Shown here piece by piece: positions 1-11,268 of a DNA stretch of 40,537 nucleotides. A model generated the notes under the pieces. It was not told where the DNA came from. It saw only the letters and a list, made by a program, of their open reading frames with translations, and made no database searches. The DNA is from Paraphysomonas bandaiensis (lineage: Eukaryota > Protista > Chrysophyceae): NCBI GenBank assembly GCA_965644295.1, contig CBFFRP010000340.1, positions 1 through 40,537 of the forward strand, given 5' to 3'. A program made the position numbers and the translations under genes. Position 1 is the stretch's first letter. Each line of letters opens with the position of its first letter.

Positions 1-3000
1 ACGAAACATGGATAATGTATCTTGAGATTCATCCCTAGGTGTCACAGTGTGCACTAAGTATCGAACTTTTTGTGCAGCATGAACCTTTCGTTTGGGTTTT
101 GATTTTGACTTAGTAGATCGTGAACCGGAAAGTGAGTCTGTACTGTGAGCAGGTATAGAGTCATCCAGTGTAGAGAAAGAAGAGTCATCATCACTATCCG
201 CCCAATGTACTTGTGGTGTACTAGAAACACTTGATGCTATGGAATTGGATTTCTTCCGTTCGCCACCAATGAATGTCGTATGCAAAGCACTCCCTCCATC
301 CCACCGGCTAGTCAAATCCCGAAATGCTGCCTGAAATTCCTCCTTCTGAGCCGTAGGCAACTGAGACCAAGGTTGGCTATACTTATTCAATCTGGACAAC
401 CAAAAATTGTATATTCGATTCCTTTCAATGTTACGTGGTGTCTCAGACACAAATCCAAGTGGGTCAAATTTCCCATTCGTGATGCGTCGGCATTGAGCGT
501 TGTTAATACTATGTCGAAGGCCACATCGTGAACATGTAAGCTTCGCAATCTCAATCGGTGTGAGAGATGGTTTGGGTTCCTCGCGTATGCCGGCATGAAC
601 TTTGTGATGTCGTCGTAAGCCTCCCTCACCCTTAGTTGTGTCTGGTTGTTTACTAGATTGGACATCAGGACGTATAATGTATAGCAGCGTTCCCTGCTGG
701 AATTCTTCCTGAATCTCTCGCCAGATTGATTCTACCTCCTCCCATGATAGACTCCAATTTTCAGTCGACTTCGCCCTTTCAATTTTTGTGATCTTATTGT
801 CGTACGCTGCAACCAACGATTTACCCCAAACAGGCTCTTTTCCTACCACTCGGCGCATAGATTCTTCCATCACCTGTGCCGTCTGGCGATCCGGCGTATT
901 ATGTTCAACTACCTCTTTTAGTTCATAATATAGTTGCATAACTGCTGTAGGCGTAGCGAGATCAGGAGCAGCCCAGTCCTCAATCTGTTTGGCACGCTGT
1001 TCATTGGTCTGTACGGGACAATAATTACGGATAGCCCAATGGCAGAAATGCACCCAACGACGCATCCAAAATTCATATTCAGTGGCTAATTGGCTATCCT
1101 CCTGGTCATCCCATATCTCTGGCACACGATTCAAAGACAACCGTTGCAGTTCCTCTTTAAAGCCGCCCTTAAAACACCAACCATTCTTTGTCTGTATGAC
1201 CAAATCTTTCAGCCCCATCTTGGCCTGACGTGCCTTCTGGACAGCAAAACGGAGTCCTCTTTCAATGGGGTATCGATTAGAATGATCTTTCTCTAGACGC
1301 ATCTTGTCATCAGTCTTCATGTAGAGAGTAGGCTCCTTGACTTCTCTTCTCCATGGAGTAGCTTTGGGCAATGCTTTAGACATTAACCGCATGGCTCTAG
1401 ACGATCGCATTTGGTTACAGAGCAGTGACCAGTGTTGCTCTCCAATTTGTTGAAGGTGACACCCGAATGCTTGTGCGTCTAGCAGTCTGCCATCTTCAGT
1501 TGGATAAATACGGGAATTCGATCTTGAACCCCTAGAACTCAACACTCGGGATGTACTTGATCTGGTATCCGCTGACCGACTTCCTCTGCTGACAAAGGAA
1601 CCCCGACTACCATTGCTGACGAAGGAGTGGTATGACTCATCGTCAGAGTCAACGGTCCTCTCTTCCCAAGATCCAAATTTTTTATTTTGCTGACTGAGTT
1701 GTTTGCTGAGGAGGTTGCAGCGCATCATTAGTTGGCTATCGGCCTCCTCCCACATAGTTTCAGCCATGTCTCTTATATCAAGGTATTGGTTCAGCACCAT
1801 ACACAATTCCGCTGTTTCGTAAATGTGCTCTTCAGCCACTAACTCATGTACATTGTCAAGAACTGTCAGCCTACTTAACCACTCGCGAACATTTGATGGT
1901 AATTGCAAGCCGTTTCCTCGATTTAAGACTAGTTGGGCAAGCTGAGAAATATCTTCCGCAGAACTCTCTCTTGCTATTTTCATTTGCTCAAAAAAGTGGT
2001 CCTGTAAACGATCAGTGACCTCAGTAGCTGTACAAGCCATGTAAATCTGCTGCTCCCAATGCTGCAGTGGCTCTGCTATATGAGCGGTGTATCGCTGTCT
2101 TGACCATCTGGTGGTATGTACCCTCCGTCGATCTGCGTACTGTTGCAGGATGTTAAGAGAAATCTTTAGGTCCATAGGGTCTCTAGCCCCACGATCCAGG
2201 TACAAATGCTCCATATATGTGTCCTCGTTTAGGTCTGGCCGAGGACGCAATCTTCTATGGCCCAATATTATGCACTTCTCTAATGTGTCTGTGGTGGGTC
2301 TCTTTGATCTGAGTATCCCCCTTCTTACTCGGCATCGATAACATAGACCACCCTGAATTTCCATTGAATTTACCTGGTCCTTACAATCGATACATTGATT
2401 TTCCGAGCAATAATAACATATTCCTCCTGCGGTGAGACGCTTGGGATCTGTGAGTCGCTGACAGATTTGACACCTATCCGCATCTCTACCTAGTTGGTCT
2501 GGTCTGCTGGTGTTATATACACCTTGCAATCCAGAGGTGGAATGTAGCACATTGTGTGCCTCATCCCCTGCGTGAGGTAAGGGTGTATAATGACACTCCT
2601 TTGCCTCAGCCTCCTTGTTACTTTGTTCCTTGAATGGCAAGGGGTCCATATGCAATGGACTATCTCCTGTCGCATCTGCATCAAACGAACAAAAATCATC
2701 CTGAGCCCTCAATGGTTGAATAGCGTCCTTACCGAATGCGAGAGGTTTTCGGGCTGACAAGGGTACCTCCTCCGGACTACTAAGACGATCCACCAGTTCT
2801 GGAACAGTCGTTGCTTGACTGTCTGCTTCATGAGTTTCTGTCTCTCTAAAGTCGTCACTTTGTTTATTGAGAGATGAAATTTCCTTAAAAAATTGAGACA
2901 CCAACGTCTCTGATTCGATCTCAGACAACCCAAATGCCAAGCCTATATCCCGGATTTGATCCTCACTGGCATTGGCAATGGAAGGGTCTAACCCTCCAAG

Positions 3001-3075
3001 CATAAGCCTGAGGGTCCTTCTCACTGACTCGAATTTAGTAGACTCTTGTGCGCTATCAAGAGTCTCCTCCTCCAT
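1..3075 (-). CDS. Gag(-Pol)-like polyprotein of an LTR retrotransposon, at least 1025 aa, running off the window edge
   Basis: Manual translation from ATG at 3075 (MEEETLDSAQESTKFESVRRTLRLML...) is stop-free down to base 1. It is intronless, contains CQIC..CYYC..CIDC..CYRC (about 2472-2332) and a knuckle-like CSRCGLRHSINNAQC (about 534-490), and lies downstream of an LTR-like repeat. It is absent from the ORF track, probably because no stop falls inside the window. Confidence 0.75.
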   Translation of the reverse strand, partial: MEEETLDSAQESTKFESVRRTLRLMLGGLDPSIANASEDQIRDIGLAFGLSEIESETLVSQFFKEISSLNKQSDDFRETETHEADSQATTVPELVDRLSSPEEVPLSARKPLAFGKDAIQPLRAQDDFCSFDADATGDSPLHMDPLPFKEQSNKEAEAKECHYTPLPHAGDEAHNVLHSTSGLQGVYNTSRPDQLGRDADRCQICQRLTDPKRLTAGGICYYCSENQCIDCKDQVNSMEIQGGLCYRCRVRRGILRSKRPTTDTLEKCIILGHRRLRPRPDLNEDTYMEHLYLDRGARDPMDLKISLNILQQYADRRRVHTTRWSRQRYTAHIAEPLQHWEQQIYMACTATEVTDRLQDHFFEQMKIARESSAEDISQLAQLVLNRGNGLQLPSNVREWLSRLTVLDNVHELVAEEHIYETAELCMVLNQYLDIRDMAETMWEEADSQLMMRCNLLSKQLSQQNKKFGSWEERTVDSDDESYHSFVSNGSRGSFVSRGSRSADTRSSTSRVLSSRGSRSNSRIYPTEDGRLLDAQAFGCHLQQIGEQHWSLLCNQMRSSRAMRLMSKALPKATPWRREVKEPTLYMKTDDKMRLEKDHSNRYPIERGLRFAVQKARQAKMGLKDLVIQTKNGWCFKGGFKEELQRLSLNRVPEIWDDQEDSQLATEYEFWMRRWVHFCHWAIRNYCPVQTNEQRAKQIEDWAAPDLATPTAVMQLYYELKEVVEHNTPDRQTAQVMEESMRRVVGKEPVWGKSLVAAYDNKITKIERAKSTENWSLSWEEVESIWREIQEEFQQGTLLYIIRPDVQSSKQPDTTKGEGGLRRHHKVHAGIREEPKPSLTPIEIAKLTCSRCGLRHSINNAQCRRITNGKFDPLGFVSETPRNIERNRIYNFWLSRLNKYSQPWSQLPTAQKEEFQAAFRDLTSRWDGGSALHTTFIGGERKKSNSIASSVSSTPQVHWADSDDDSSFSTLDDSIPAHSTDSLSGSRSTKSKSKPKRKVHAAQKVRYLVHTVTPRDESQDTLSMFR

Positions 3076-3769
3076 AATAATAACAATATAATCAAATCAC
3101 AATGAACAAATATATGTCTACAACTACAATGCTATCTACCAGCAATTTCAAGAGTAAGGAAATTGCATCTTATTATCAATAATATAAATATGTCTACCTA
3201 CGATTCCGTGATCAATGGAATGAACATCATTCATATTCAATACCAAACACATCAGTCTAACACAGTTGATCATAATAACTCATCACAACTGTATAAGGGA
3301 AGATACATTCAGTATTCTCTTTGTAGTTGAAGCCTGGTATTCGTACTCCTTAGTACAATCAATCCCCAATAAGCACTGAAGGAAATACGTAATGTATAAC
3401 TGTATTACTGGATAATCTGGCAATACACATCTATCAGCGTGGATATCAAACCCGGAATTCTCCAGTAAACTTCTCCAGCCTTAAAGTCAATATATATATA
3501 TAATAAGAACATATATATATATCATCCATCATCAGTATCATCATTATGTCTCATTATTGATAATCATGTCTCTCTTTGTCTTTTGAATGATTATGTAAAT
3601 ATCAATAATAAGCATGAATTGTCATAGTCATAATACATCATATATCTCAGTGTGAGTTATGGTAATAATAATAATATTCAATCTATGTTTGCACAGATAG
3701 TATGTACAAACTTAAGCATATACAATAGAGAGCTTGTAGAATAGAATAACCTGATAGCTGGTTATTACA
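1..3769 (-). mobile_element. LTR retrotransposon, 5' part (5' LTR, leader, gag); family 1
   Basis: The minus strand begins TGTAATAACCAGCTATC at 3769. 3441-3769 is the reverse complement of 40207-40535 with about 5 substitutions, and homology stops exactly at the TGT terminus in both copies. The LTR inner boundary and PBS were not resolved. Confidence 0.75.
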
Positions 3770-3787
3770 CATACAAGTTTCAAATCT

Positions 3788-3934
3788 CTTCTGTAGCGCT
3801 AAATAGTAGGATAATAGAATTTGTGCTGATTAGTTATGGGTAGAGGTCTAACTAGTAGATCTAGCATACCACTAGCCACTAGATCGGAACCAGTTTTTAA
3901 CGCCTATTGCTAAATAAAAATACTTTCAATATAT
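3788..3934 (+). mobile_element. Short 3'-terminal copy of a non-LTR retroelement family (copy 1)
   Basis: Near-identical to the reverse complement of 10286-10418 and similar to 33174-33305; ends in ctttcaatatat. Confidence 0.7.
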
Positions 3935-4847
3935 CCTATCTTTTCTTGAAACAGGGAGTGTCTTATGAAAGTAGTAATTTCAACAAAGTGTAGTTGCGAC
4001 TTGACTTACGGTTCCATACTTTGAGATTCTACAACTGCAACTAATAATTCATTTAATATTTGGCACTTCTCTGCCAATTTGGTCCTACTGATATCATCGA
4101 GATGCCACTCCGTCAACTATCACAGCTGTCGGATGACGAGGAAATCAGTCCGAGATATCCTCTGTGACGAAGAGGACTCGTGACCTATCCACCAGGCTGA
4201 ATATTTTCAGAGAATATTTCTCCTGTATCTATTTACACTCATATGATCTTGTTACTGCACTTATAAGCACCGTAAACATCATCAAATACATATAACAGGT
4301 GCATATATCCTCCCATTTCGAGGTTAATATGATCTCATCCACTGAATCCCTGCATCACATCTACTGCTCAGAGATTAATGGCAATGGAATATCTTCAAGT
4401 GTCCCAATGGACTTGCAATAAGTGTACTGGATATCTACTCTAGAGTGAGTATATCTTAAGCACGTATAAAAACCCTACCTTCTACGTGCTAATTTCTTGA
4501 TATTTATAGTTTTGAAAACTGGATTATTGAAAATCCTGTATTTTGGAGGTCTGCCTATCCACACTGGAAAAGCAGGCAGTACAATATGTATACCGGTATA
4601 CTGTACATGTAGTCACATGTAGTCGTATATATGACATATATGACTATGACTGCTTGTGTATAGGAAGATAACATCTACAGGCAGCAGTATACTGCTGTAC
4701 GTGTACTCCAGGCAGGCAGTGGGATGTACTGCTGTAGGTAGGTATACCATATACATACTCCAGCCACACCTCTCGCCTATCGCACATATAGCTCCATCTC
4801 CCTTATAGTCACAAGTAGCTCATAGAACTCATACACACACACTGAAT

Positions 4848-6021
4848 ATGAAAAGATTCTTAAATATTCGTCAGGTGTTCTCATGGCGTAAACAGGGACG
4901 TAGATACACTCTCAAAGAAAGGATTGTAGGGAAACATGTGACAGATAAGCAAGACGAGGATATAGCGGAGTTGAATACTGTATCGAAATTAATGGAGAGT
5001 TTGTGTTCAGCTCCTCTTAGTAGTAGTCATCCCCTGCGGCCCATATCACAATCACTTAAAGAGAAGGCCGCCGTTAGTCAGGCTCCCTCTTTGACTGAGG
5101 TAGTGTGACTCTATGCGAAGTAATATTGTGTTGACTGTTGATTTCAGCAATTAAATATGTTGGAAAATTTAGTGGACAAGGCACTACTGAACTACAATGA
5201 TACATATACATCTTATCCTGTTACTGATGCGGAGGAAGCACTGTGCACAAAAAACTACGTTTCTTTTCAAAGTGCTTTACGACTAGATTTTTTTAAGAGG
5301 TATTGTGCTTATCTACGCGAGGCTATTGAAGCTGGAGAATTGAAGTCTAGCGCTTTACCGGAAGGGAGGCTCCTTGCACTAATCGATTCTACGTTAATGG
5401 GCAGTGGGGCTGAACGAAACTATGGTAAGTGATGGATGCTAATGCGAATGATATGACATAGACGTATACAATAACGTTTGTAATTATCTCTTCTATGCAG
5501 CACACTTGCGTTTGTATAACTCAGCCTTCACCCCAGCTCGGCTCCAGTGCAGTTTTTATACCTTATACAATCCTGAGGTTGAGGCAGCTGTAAACGCAGC
5601 TAAATCTTTGCCATTAAGCACCAAGAAAATTCATACCAAAGCCATTCCGAAGAGCTCAAAGACCTACCTACTGGACAAACTAGAGCTCAACGTTATGTCG
5701 AGATGTGTGTTTGCGTGGTCAGGTATAGGGTGATATTCTGTATGGGGATTACTTTTAATGCTTTTTGTGTATATAGACCCAAAGTACTCGGGGTTTAAGC
5801 AGGTGGACGATAATGACGAGATGTTGGCGTCAGATATATACATTGGCAGACAGCAGTATTTTGACGAAGGAAATTCCATTGCAAAGAAATTTGTAGATGC
5901 TTACATAGCAAGTAGACATGAACATTACAATGGTGTGAACGAGTTCAGGAAAAACGTGCTTTATGGCTCTGTTTTTCTAGTCGTTATCTGTGCTCTTGAC
6001 TGGCACGTATGTAACATGTGA
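4848..6021 (+). CDS. Uncharacterised protein with a C-terminal hydrophobic segment (4 exons; start uncertain)
   Basis: GT-AG introns 5100-5147, 5425-5500 and 5723-5776 join four short ORFs in frame. The protein ends VLYGSVFLVVICALDWHVCNM*. Confidence 0.7.
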
Positions 6022-6897
6022 GTAAACTATAAAGACTTGTTCCTTTAATGTTCAGAAAGAATGTGCACACTACTCCGAATTACGAATCATGAACGCAATT
6101 TATGCTATATCATAATTCTTGGTATAGTTCCCGCTAAAGGTAGAGAGTATAACAGTGCTATGTAGTAGTTTCGTAGGCTAGCTTCTATTAAAATAGGTAT
6201 GTTTCTCTACGATAGAACTGTAAAATACGATAAGTACAATATGGAAAACTTTAATACGTAATCAAAAATGCTATAACCCATAGCCCTAGAACTGTGAAAA
6301 ACTGAAGTATCATAACGATTCAAGATCAGTGGTCAATATGAAAGAAGTATAAAACTATGATGTTCATATGTTTTACATGCCTATGCACTATGTAAAAATA
6401 ATCACCTATCTAGTAGAACGACTTAACTTGTCTTTAGCAATCTAATATCGAAACCAGCATAACTGCTCAAAAAAATCTTACCAGTACAACAATACCGTTG
6501 CAATATAAATTATATATGATCAGCATATATCACTTCGAGAAATTAGAAGCGCTTAAATGAAATAAGATTTTCAACCTGAAATAGCCATATAAAATATGTA
6601 CTAATATACACTATATATTGTTCGTAAACTGCTTCGACTACATCATGGCGGATGAATATTACTTTCATCATATTTATTGAAGTACTTGTAGTACATGGAA
6701 GAACCTGTTTGCACTTAGCATTGATCTAACGATTATACATCATTGCTTGACACAATTTATAGTATATAGTATTAGTCAATCTCATGTAAGTATATAGTGC
6801 CATTATGCAGTCCGGGCATGTAGGAGAACTATTGAGAGAGCAGGGATATTATTACTTTAAACTCCAATGAACTTGTGATTCTTGTAATGAGATATCT

Positions 6898-6980
6898 CAA
6901 CCAATGCAACCAATGCACCCTTTGGCAACCAATGCACCCTTTGGCAACCAATGCAACCATGAGCAACCAATGCAACCATA
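6898..6980. repeat. Short tandem array of CAACCAATGCA units
   Basis: Five CAACCAATGCA copies, with a 19-bp unit caaccaatgcaccctttgg present twice. Confidence 0.85.
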
Positions 6981-7062
6981 AGATATCATCACTACAAAGA
7001 TATGACTGTAGATATATGTATTTATTATATATTATTTATTTTTTTTGTAATCTGTGTGCTGA

Positions 7063-7135
7063 GGTTTCGTGGTGTAGGGGTTATCACATGTCGTTCACAC
7101 CGACAAGGTCGCCGGTTCGATTCCGGCCGAAATCA
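7063..7135 (+). tRNA. tRNA-Val: tRNA-Val (anticodon CAC)
   Basis: Acceptor stem GGTTTCG/CGAAATC plus discriminator A; anticodon arm TGTCG-TTCACAC-CGACA; T arm GCCGG-TTCGATT-CCGGC; 73 nt; a T6 Pol III terminator follows at about 7142-7147. Confidence 0.96.
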
Positions 7136-7413
7136 GCCTTATTTTTTGGTGATGTGCATTATGCATCATATGCAGCTTGTTTTTTTTAATAGTAGTATAT
7201 AGCAGCATCAGCAGAATATGTTAGTATGTACTTTAGAGGTGTGTAGATAGGTACTGTTGGTGGGTCTCTAGGTACATGTCCATATGTGTATGTATGTATG
7301 TGTATGTATGTATAGTTTATTATTTTGCATCTACACATACATATATACACATACATATATACACATACAGAGCATCACATCATACCGATAGACACAGCAA
7401 ATAGTCCTTTACA

Positions 7414-9002
7414 ATGTCCACCGATCCAAGTGCTGTTGCATGGCAATCCTCATGGTCCTTAGGACCATATTCGAACTCCCGTACATTTGCTGAGTATTGG
7501 GATACGGAGGATGCGTTGAGAGACTATAAACAAGAGTTCGTCTTCCCTCCCGCCCCTCCTTCTTCTCCTCGTGATACATGCATCTATCTATGTGGTAATT
7601 ATCATATACAGATTCATAGATATGTGTGATATACGTCTGTATGTATGATCAGGGAATTCACTGGGACTACAGCCCAGAGGACTCCAGGCGCAGATACAGA
7701 TACAGTTAAACAAGTGGTCAGAGCAAGGGGTTGAAGCTCACTTCGATCAGCCTACTCCATGGGTATCGATTGATGACATTGTTGTTGATTCGATGGCTAA
7801 TTTGGTTGGGGCTCTTCCCTCTGAAGTTGTGGTTATGAATAGTTTGACAGCTAATTTGCATCTTATGATGAGTGCTTTCTATAAGCCGAACGAGAAGAGG
7901 TTCAAGATCATGACAGAAAAGCGCGCATTTCCTTCAGATACCCATGCGGTTGTTTCGCAGATTAAGTTTCATGGACTTGACCCAGCGGTGGCTCTTGTAG
8001 AGGTAGCCCCTCGAGAAGGGGAAGTCACCCTGCGTACGGAGGATATTCTGGCGGTACGTTCATGCGACTTGAATTCGTGCTAGTTATTCATATATAAACC
8101 CGAATACAAGTATTTATTCGTGTTGCCTGGATAATAACTAATAGATGTGTGCAGACTATCCGAGAGCACGGAGATAGTCTCGCTCTCGTCATGCTTAGTG
8201 GCGTACAATACGGAACTGGACAGTTCTTCGACATCCCTACTATTACGAAAGAAACCCACGCTGTAGGTGCTGTGGCGGGATGGGACCTTGCCCACGCTGT
8301 GGGTAATGTTATTCTCTCCCTTCATGAGTGGGATGTGGATTTCGCTTGCTGGTGCACGTACAAGTACCTCAACAGCGGCCCTGGATGTATCGGAGGGTGC
8401 TTCGTACATGAACGTAACGGCCGTGTTACCCGTGAAGAAGATGGGTCCTACTCTTTCATGAACCGATTTTCAGGGTGGTGGGGTCACAGACTGGAAGATA
8501 GGTTCCAGATGGACCCAGAATTCATACCGGTTGAGGGGGCCTATGGGTTCAGGTTGTCTAATCCTCCTGTGGTATGCGTCTCCTGTGTGAGGGCATCATT
8601 GGATGTGTTTGATAAGGTGAGCTGCATGTTTATGCTATCATATTTGCTATATTGTACACGTATTTAAATTTCTACTCTTTCTAGGCCGGTATGCCCGCTC
8701 TACGCGCCAAATCAGTCCGTCTAACGGCTTACCTTGAATACTTGATTAAGGAGGAACTTGCCGACGATGTTTCTATTTTCACACCTGTTGATCCGGATGC
8801 ACGCGGCTGCCAGTTGTCCCTCACTTTCAACAAGGGTAACGTTGACGACATCTTTGAGAAGCTCAAAGGTTACGGCGTTGTGTGCGATGTACGAAAGCCT
8901 AATATCATGCGTATTGCACCGACACCGCTTTATAACTCTTTCACGGACGTTTTCGACTTTGTGTCAATATTGAAGGCTATATTGGCATCTATTTCATCAT
9001 AA
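7414..9002 (+). CDS. KYNU: Kynureninase (PLP-dependent), 4 exons
   Basis: Introns 7595-7652, 8054-8154 and 8617-8684. Motifs YLCGNSLGLQP, MNSLTANLHLMM, AFPSD, GWDLAHAVGN, WCTYKYLNSGPG, GWWGH, RGCQLS and RIAPTPLYNSF. Confidence 0.96.
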
Positions 9003-9562
9003 ATCTAGTCTAGCAGTGTTCGTGTAGTTACACTTATGCTTAAAGACTGAGTGCATTAGTGCAATACTAGCGTAACACAGTCACAACATGTTGTCTTGGC
9101 TATCTATAATCAATTAACAATTGTGATTTCGGCACCACATGGATTGCTTTTTTAATAGAACATCGACGTTCTGCTATTATGTAAATTGTTTTGACCCACT
9201 GAATGAATTGCTAGGATAAAGTTATCTCTGTTATACTTGATTCACGTATATCTCTTAAAGCGTGGATGCAACACGTACCACGTATATACAAAGAAATATC
9301 AATTGACTGAATAATTACCAGACTATATATTATATATAAGATACGCGACTGTACAAGACACACCTAACCCTAACCCTTAACTTTGGTGCAAACGTGTCTT
9401 GCTATTACATTATATCTCATCTTATAATTATATGAACTATGAAGATAATAACAGTTTTACTAGTAATTCCCTGACTTATTGCTACACAGTATACAGGAAA
9501 ATTACTAGTAATATAGTTTTTGTTCTTTGCCAACGATATTATATTGAAGGTCTTTTTATTTA

Positions 9563-10280
9563 TTATAAAAGCTCTGATTATTACATGAGAGAACTTGTTG
9601 CATTTGTCTATCTATTATTCTAGACTAGTGATAACACAGATTACGAAATGCTCAGTTGTCTCGGGACTGCTTGTGCATTGCTGCAAGCACCTTGGTGCAA
9701 CCATCCCTTGTTTTACGTTTAGTCAGGTGGTCTTCCTTTGGGTAGTGTGTCTGGTGGTCCAGTTCCGTGTGCGATCCGGGGGGAGGGGGGTGACGTGCCA
9801 TTCTGTGAATGTGTGGCAGCGGGGGTTTTGTGTTCACAAGTTGTGGTTGGAATTCTGTCGGGAATGAGTGTCGTCTGCCTCCGGATCGGGTTGGCAGGCC
9901 CGCGTTGGGGACGAGGTCTCTTGGGGGGCACGGCTCTGGGGGTGGATGTTACTTTAAGTAGCTGGAGGATCGTCGGGTTGGTGGCGGAGTGTGTGTGGTG
10001 TGGTTGTGAGCTGGCGTTAGCCGAGGGTGGTGTCATTGTTGTCGCGTCGAGTCTGTGAAACCTACAGCCTCTGTTTTTGAGCATGTTTAGTCCTCCATTG
10101 TAGAGAGGGAGCAGAATTTTGGTGACTGATTTTTCGAGCTTGTGGAACTGGTGATCAAGTAGCGAGGTGGAAATGTTGTGGCCGAAAGCGTTAGCCAGTT
10201 GCGAGGCTGTTAGTTGGCCAGTCCAGTATCTCTCAACTTGAGGTGTGTCGGGATCCCAAGCAGCCCTCGCGAGTCTACGT
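9563..10280 (-). mobile_element. 5'-truncated non-LTR retroelement fragment (copy A) with a 15-bp flanking direct repeat
   Basis: GC-rich segment with an open frame (RLARAAWDPDTPQVERYWTGQL...MLKNRGCRF...). The exact direct repeat aggtctttttattta lies at 9548-9562 and 10281-10295. The 3' region is homologous to copy B. Confidence 0.65.
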
Positions 10281-11017
10281 AGGTCTTTTTATTTAGCAAT
10301 AGGCGTTAAAAACATGTTCCGATATAGTGGCTAGTTGAATGCTAGATCTACTAGTTAGACCTCTACCCATAACTAATCAGCACAAATTCTATTATCCTAC
10401 TATTTAGCGCTACAGAAGCTGCTTGTGCGTCGCCGCAAGCACCAAGGTGCAACCACTTCCGTTCTTGATGTTGTTTGTGAGTTTCGCCCTGCTCGTGTGT
10501 CTGAGGACTCACTGGCGCGTGTTGTCCGGGGGTCTCCCCTTGGGATAAGGTTCCGCCAGGCTCTGAGGTACAGGGTTCTGTATTAAGGTCCTGAGTGTAC
10601 CGAGCACTAGATGTGTGTGCTGAGAGGTTGATGGTGTGGTGGAATGTGGCGTTGTCGCCGTGCACGTCTGGGCGTCAGGCATAGGTGGAGTTGCCGGAGA
10701 CGGCGTCGCCGCTGTCTAGGGCCTGATGGTTTCGTACGGTCCGGTGCTATGGTCCTATGCGTATGATTGGTGGGGTTCATATGTGCGGTGGGCGGTGTTC
10801 CAGTCTGGGTTCGTCTGTGGATTCCTAGTAATCTTAGCACCCTTGGGCGTTTCCATTTCTGTCTATGTTTTGGACGCGGTAGTAGCCTAGGGGGTCCTTT
10901 CTGTAGGGTAACGTATCGTCTACTTCGATCTTAGTGTGAATAGGTAAATTTTTCCTTTCTTTCGACCTCATGCTTCTGTATTGCGTAGCTATATGCGAGT
11001 ACCAGGGCGAATACAAC
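10281..11017 (-). mobile_element. 5'-truncated non-LTR retroelement fragment (copy B)
   Basis: Its 3' ~270 bp aligns with 33032-33311 and its last ~135 bp with 3788-3920. The upstream coding-like sequence is frameshifted. The 5' boundary is approximate. Confidence 0.65.
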
Positions 11018-11268
11018 TCATGACTAGGTTTATAGCATGACTAGGAAATTCAACCCATTTGTCTAGGTTGAATAATATATCTTATCTGCTAACGCACTGT
11101 AGTATTCTGTTTTATGTTGCTAAATAGTTTAGTATCCTAAATCTCATGCACTAAAAATTGTGTGCCAATTTTTGTGTTCCATAAGTTTTATTATTATAGT
11201 GCATGACATATACATTTATTTCATCACCGAACAGTAACACAAAATATCGAGCCAGATATTAACAAGCT

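Noticed and set aside
280-2933. Short ORFs listed in the track in this interval
   Set aside because: They are shadows or alternative frames of the long minus-strand ORF 3075-1.
3076-3440. tRNA primer-binding site and inner LTR boundary for family 1, including priming by the local tRNA-Val
   Set aside because: The candidate end GTTATACA (3393-3400) is not followed by TGG, and no match to the tRNA-Val 3' end was seen.
3950-4450. Coding-like minus-strand remnant
   Set aside because: Interrupted by stops, with no recognisable motif; cannot be assigned without a search.
9363-9377. Interstitial telomeric repeat (CCCTAA)n near the tandem retroelements
   Set aside because: Only about 2.5 units and about 170 bp from the element end; compatible with chance.
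10470-10520. Hammerhead ribozyme in retroelement copy B (minus strand GUGAGUCC...GGGCGAAAC)
   Set aside because: The core reads CCAGUGA rather than CUGANGA, stems I and III could not be built, and GAAA is not kept in copy 3.
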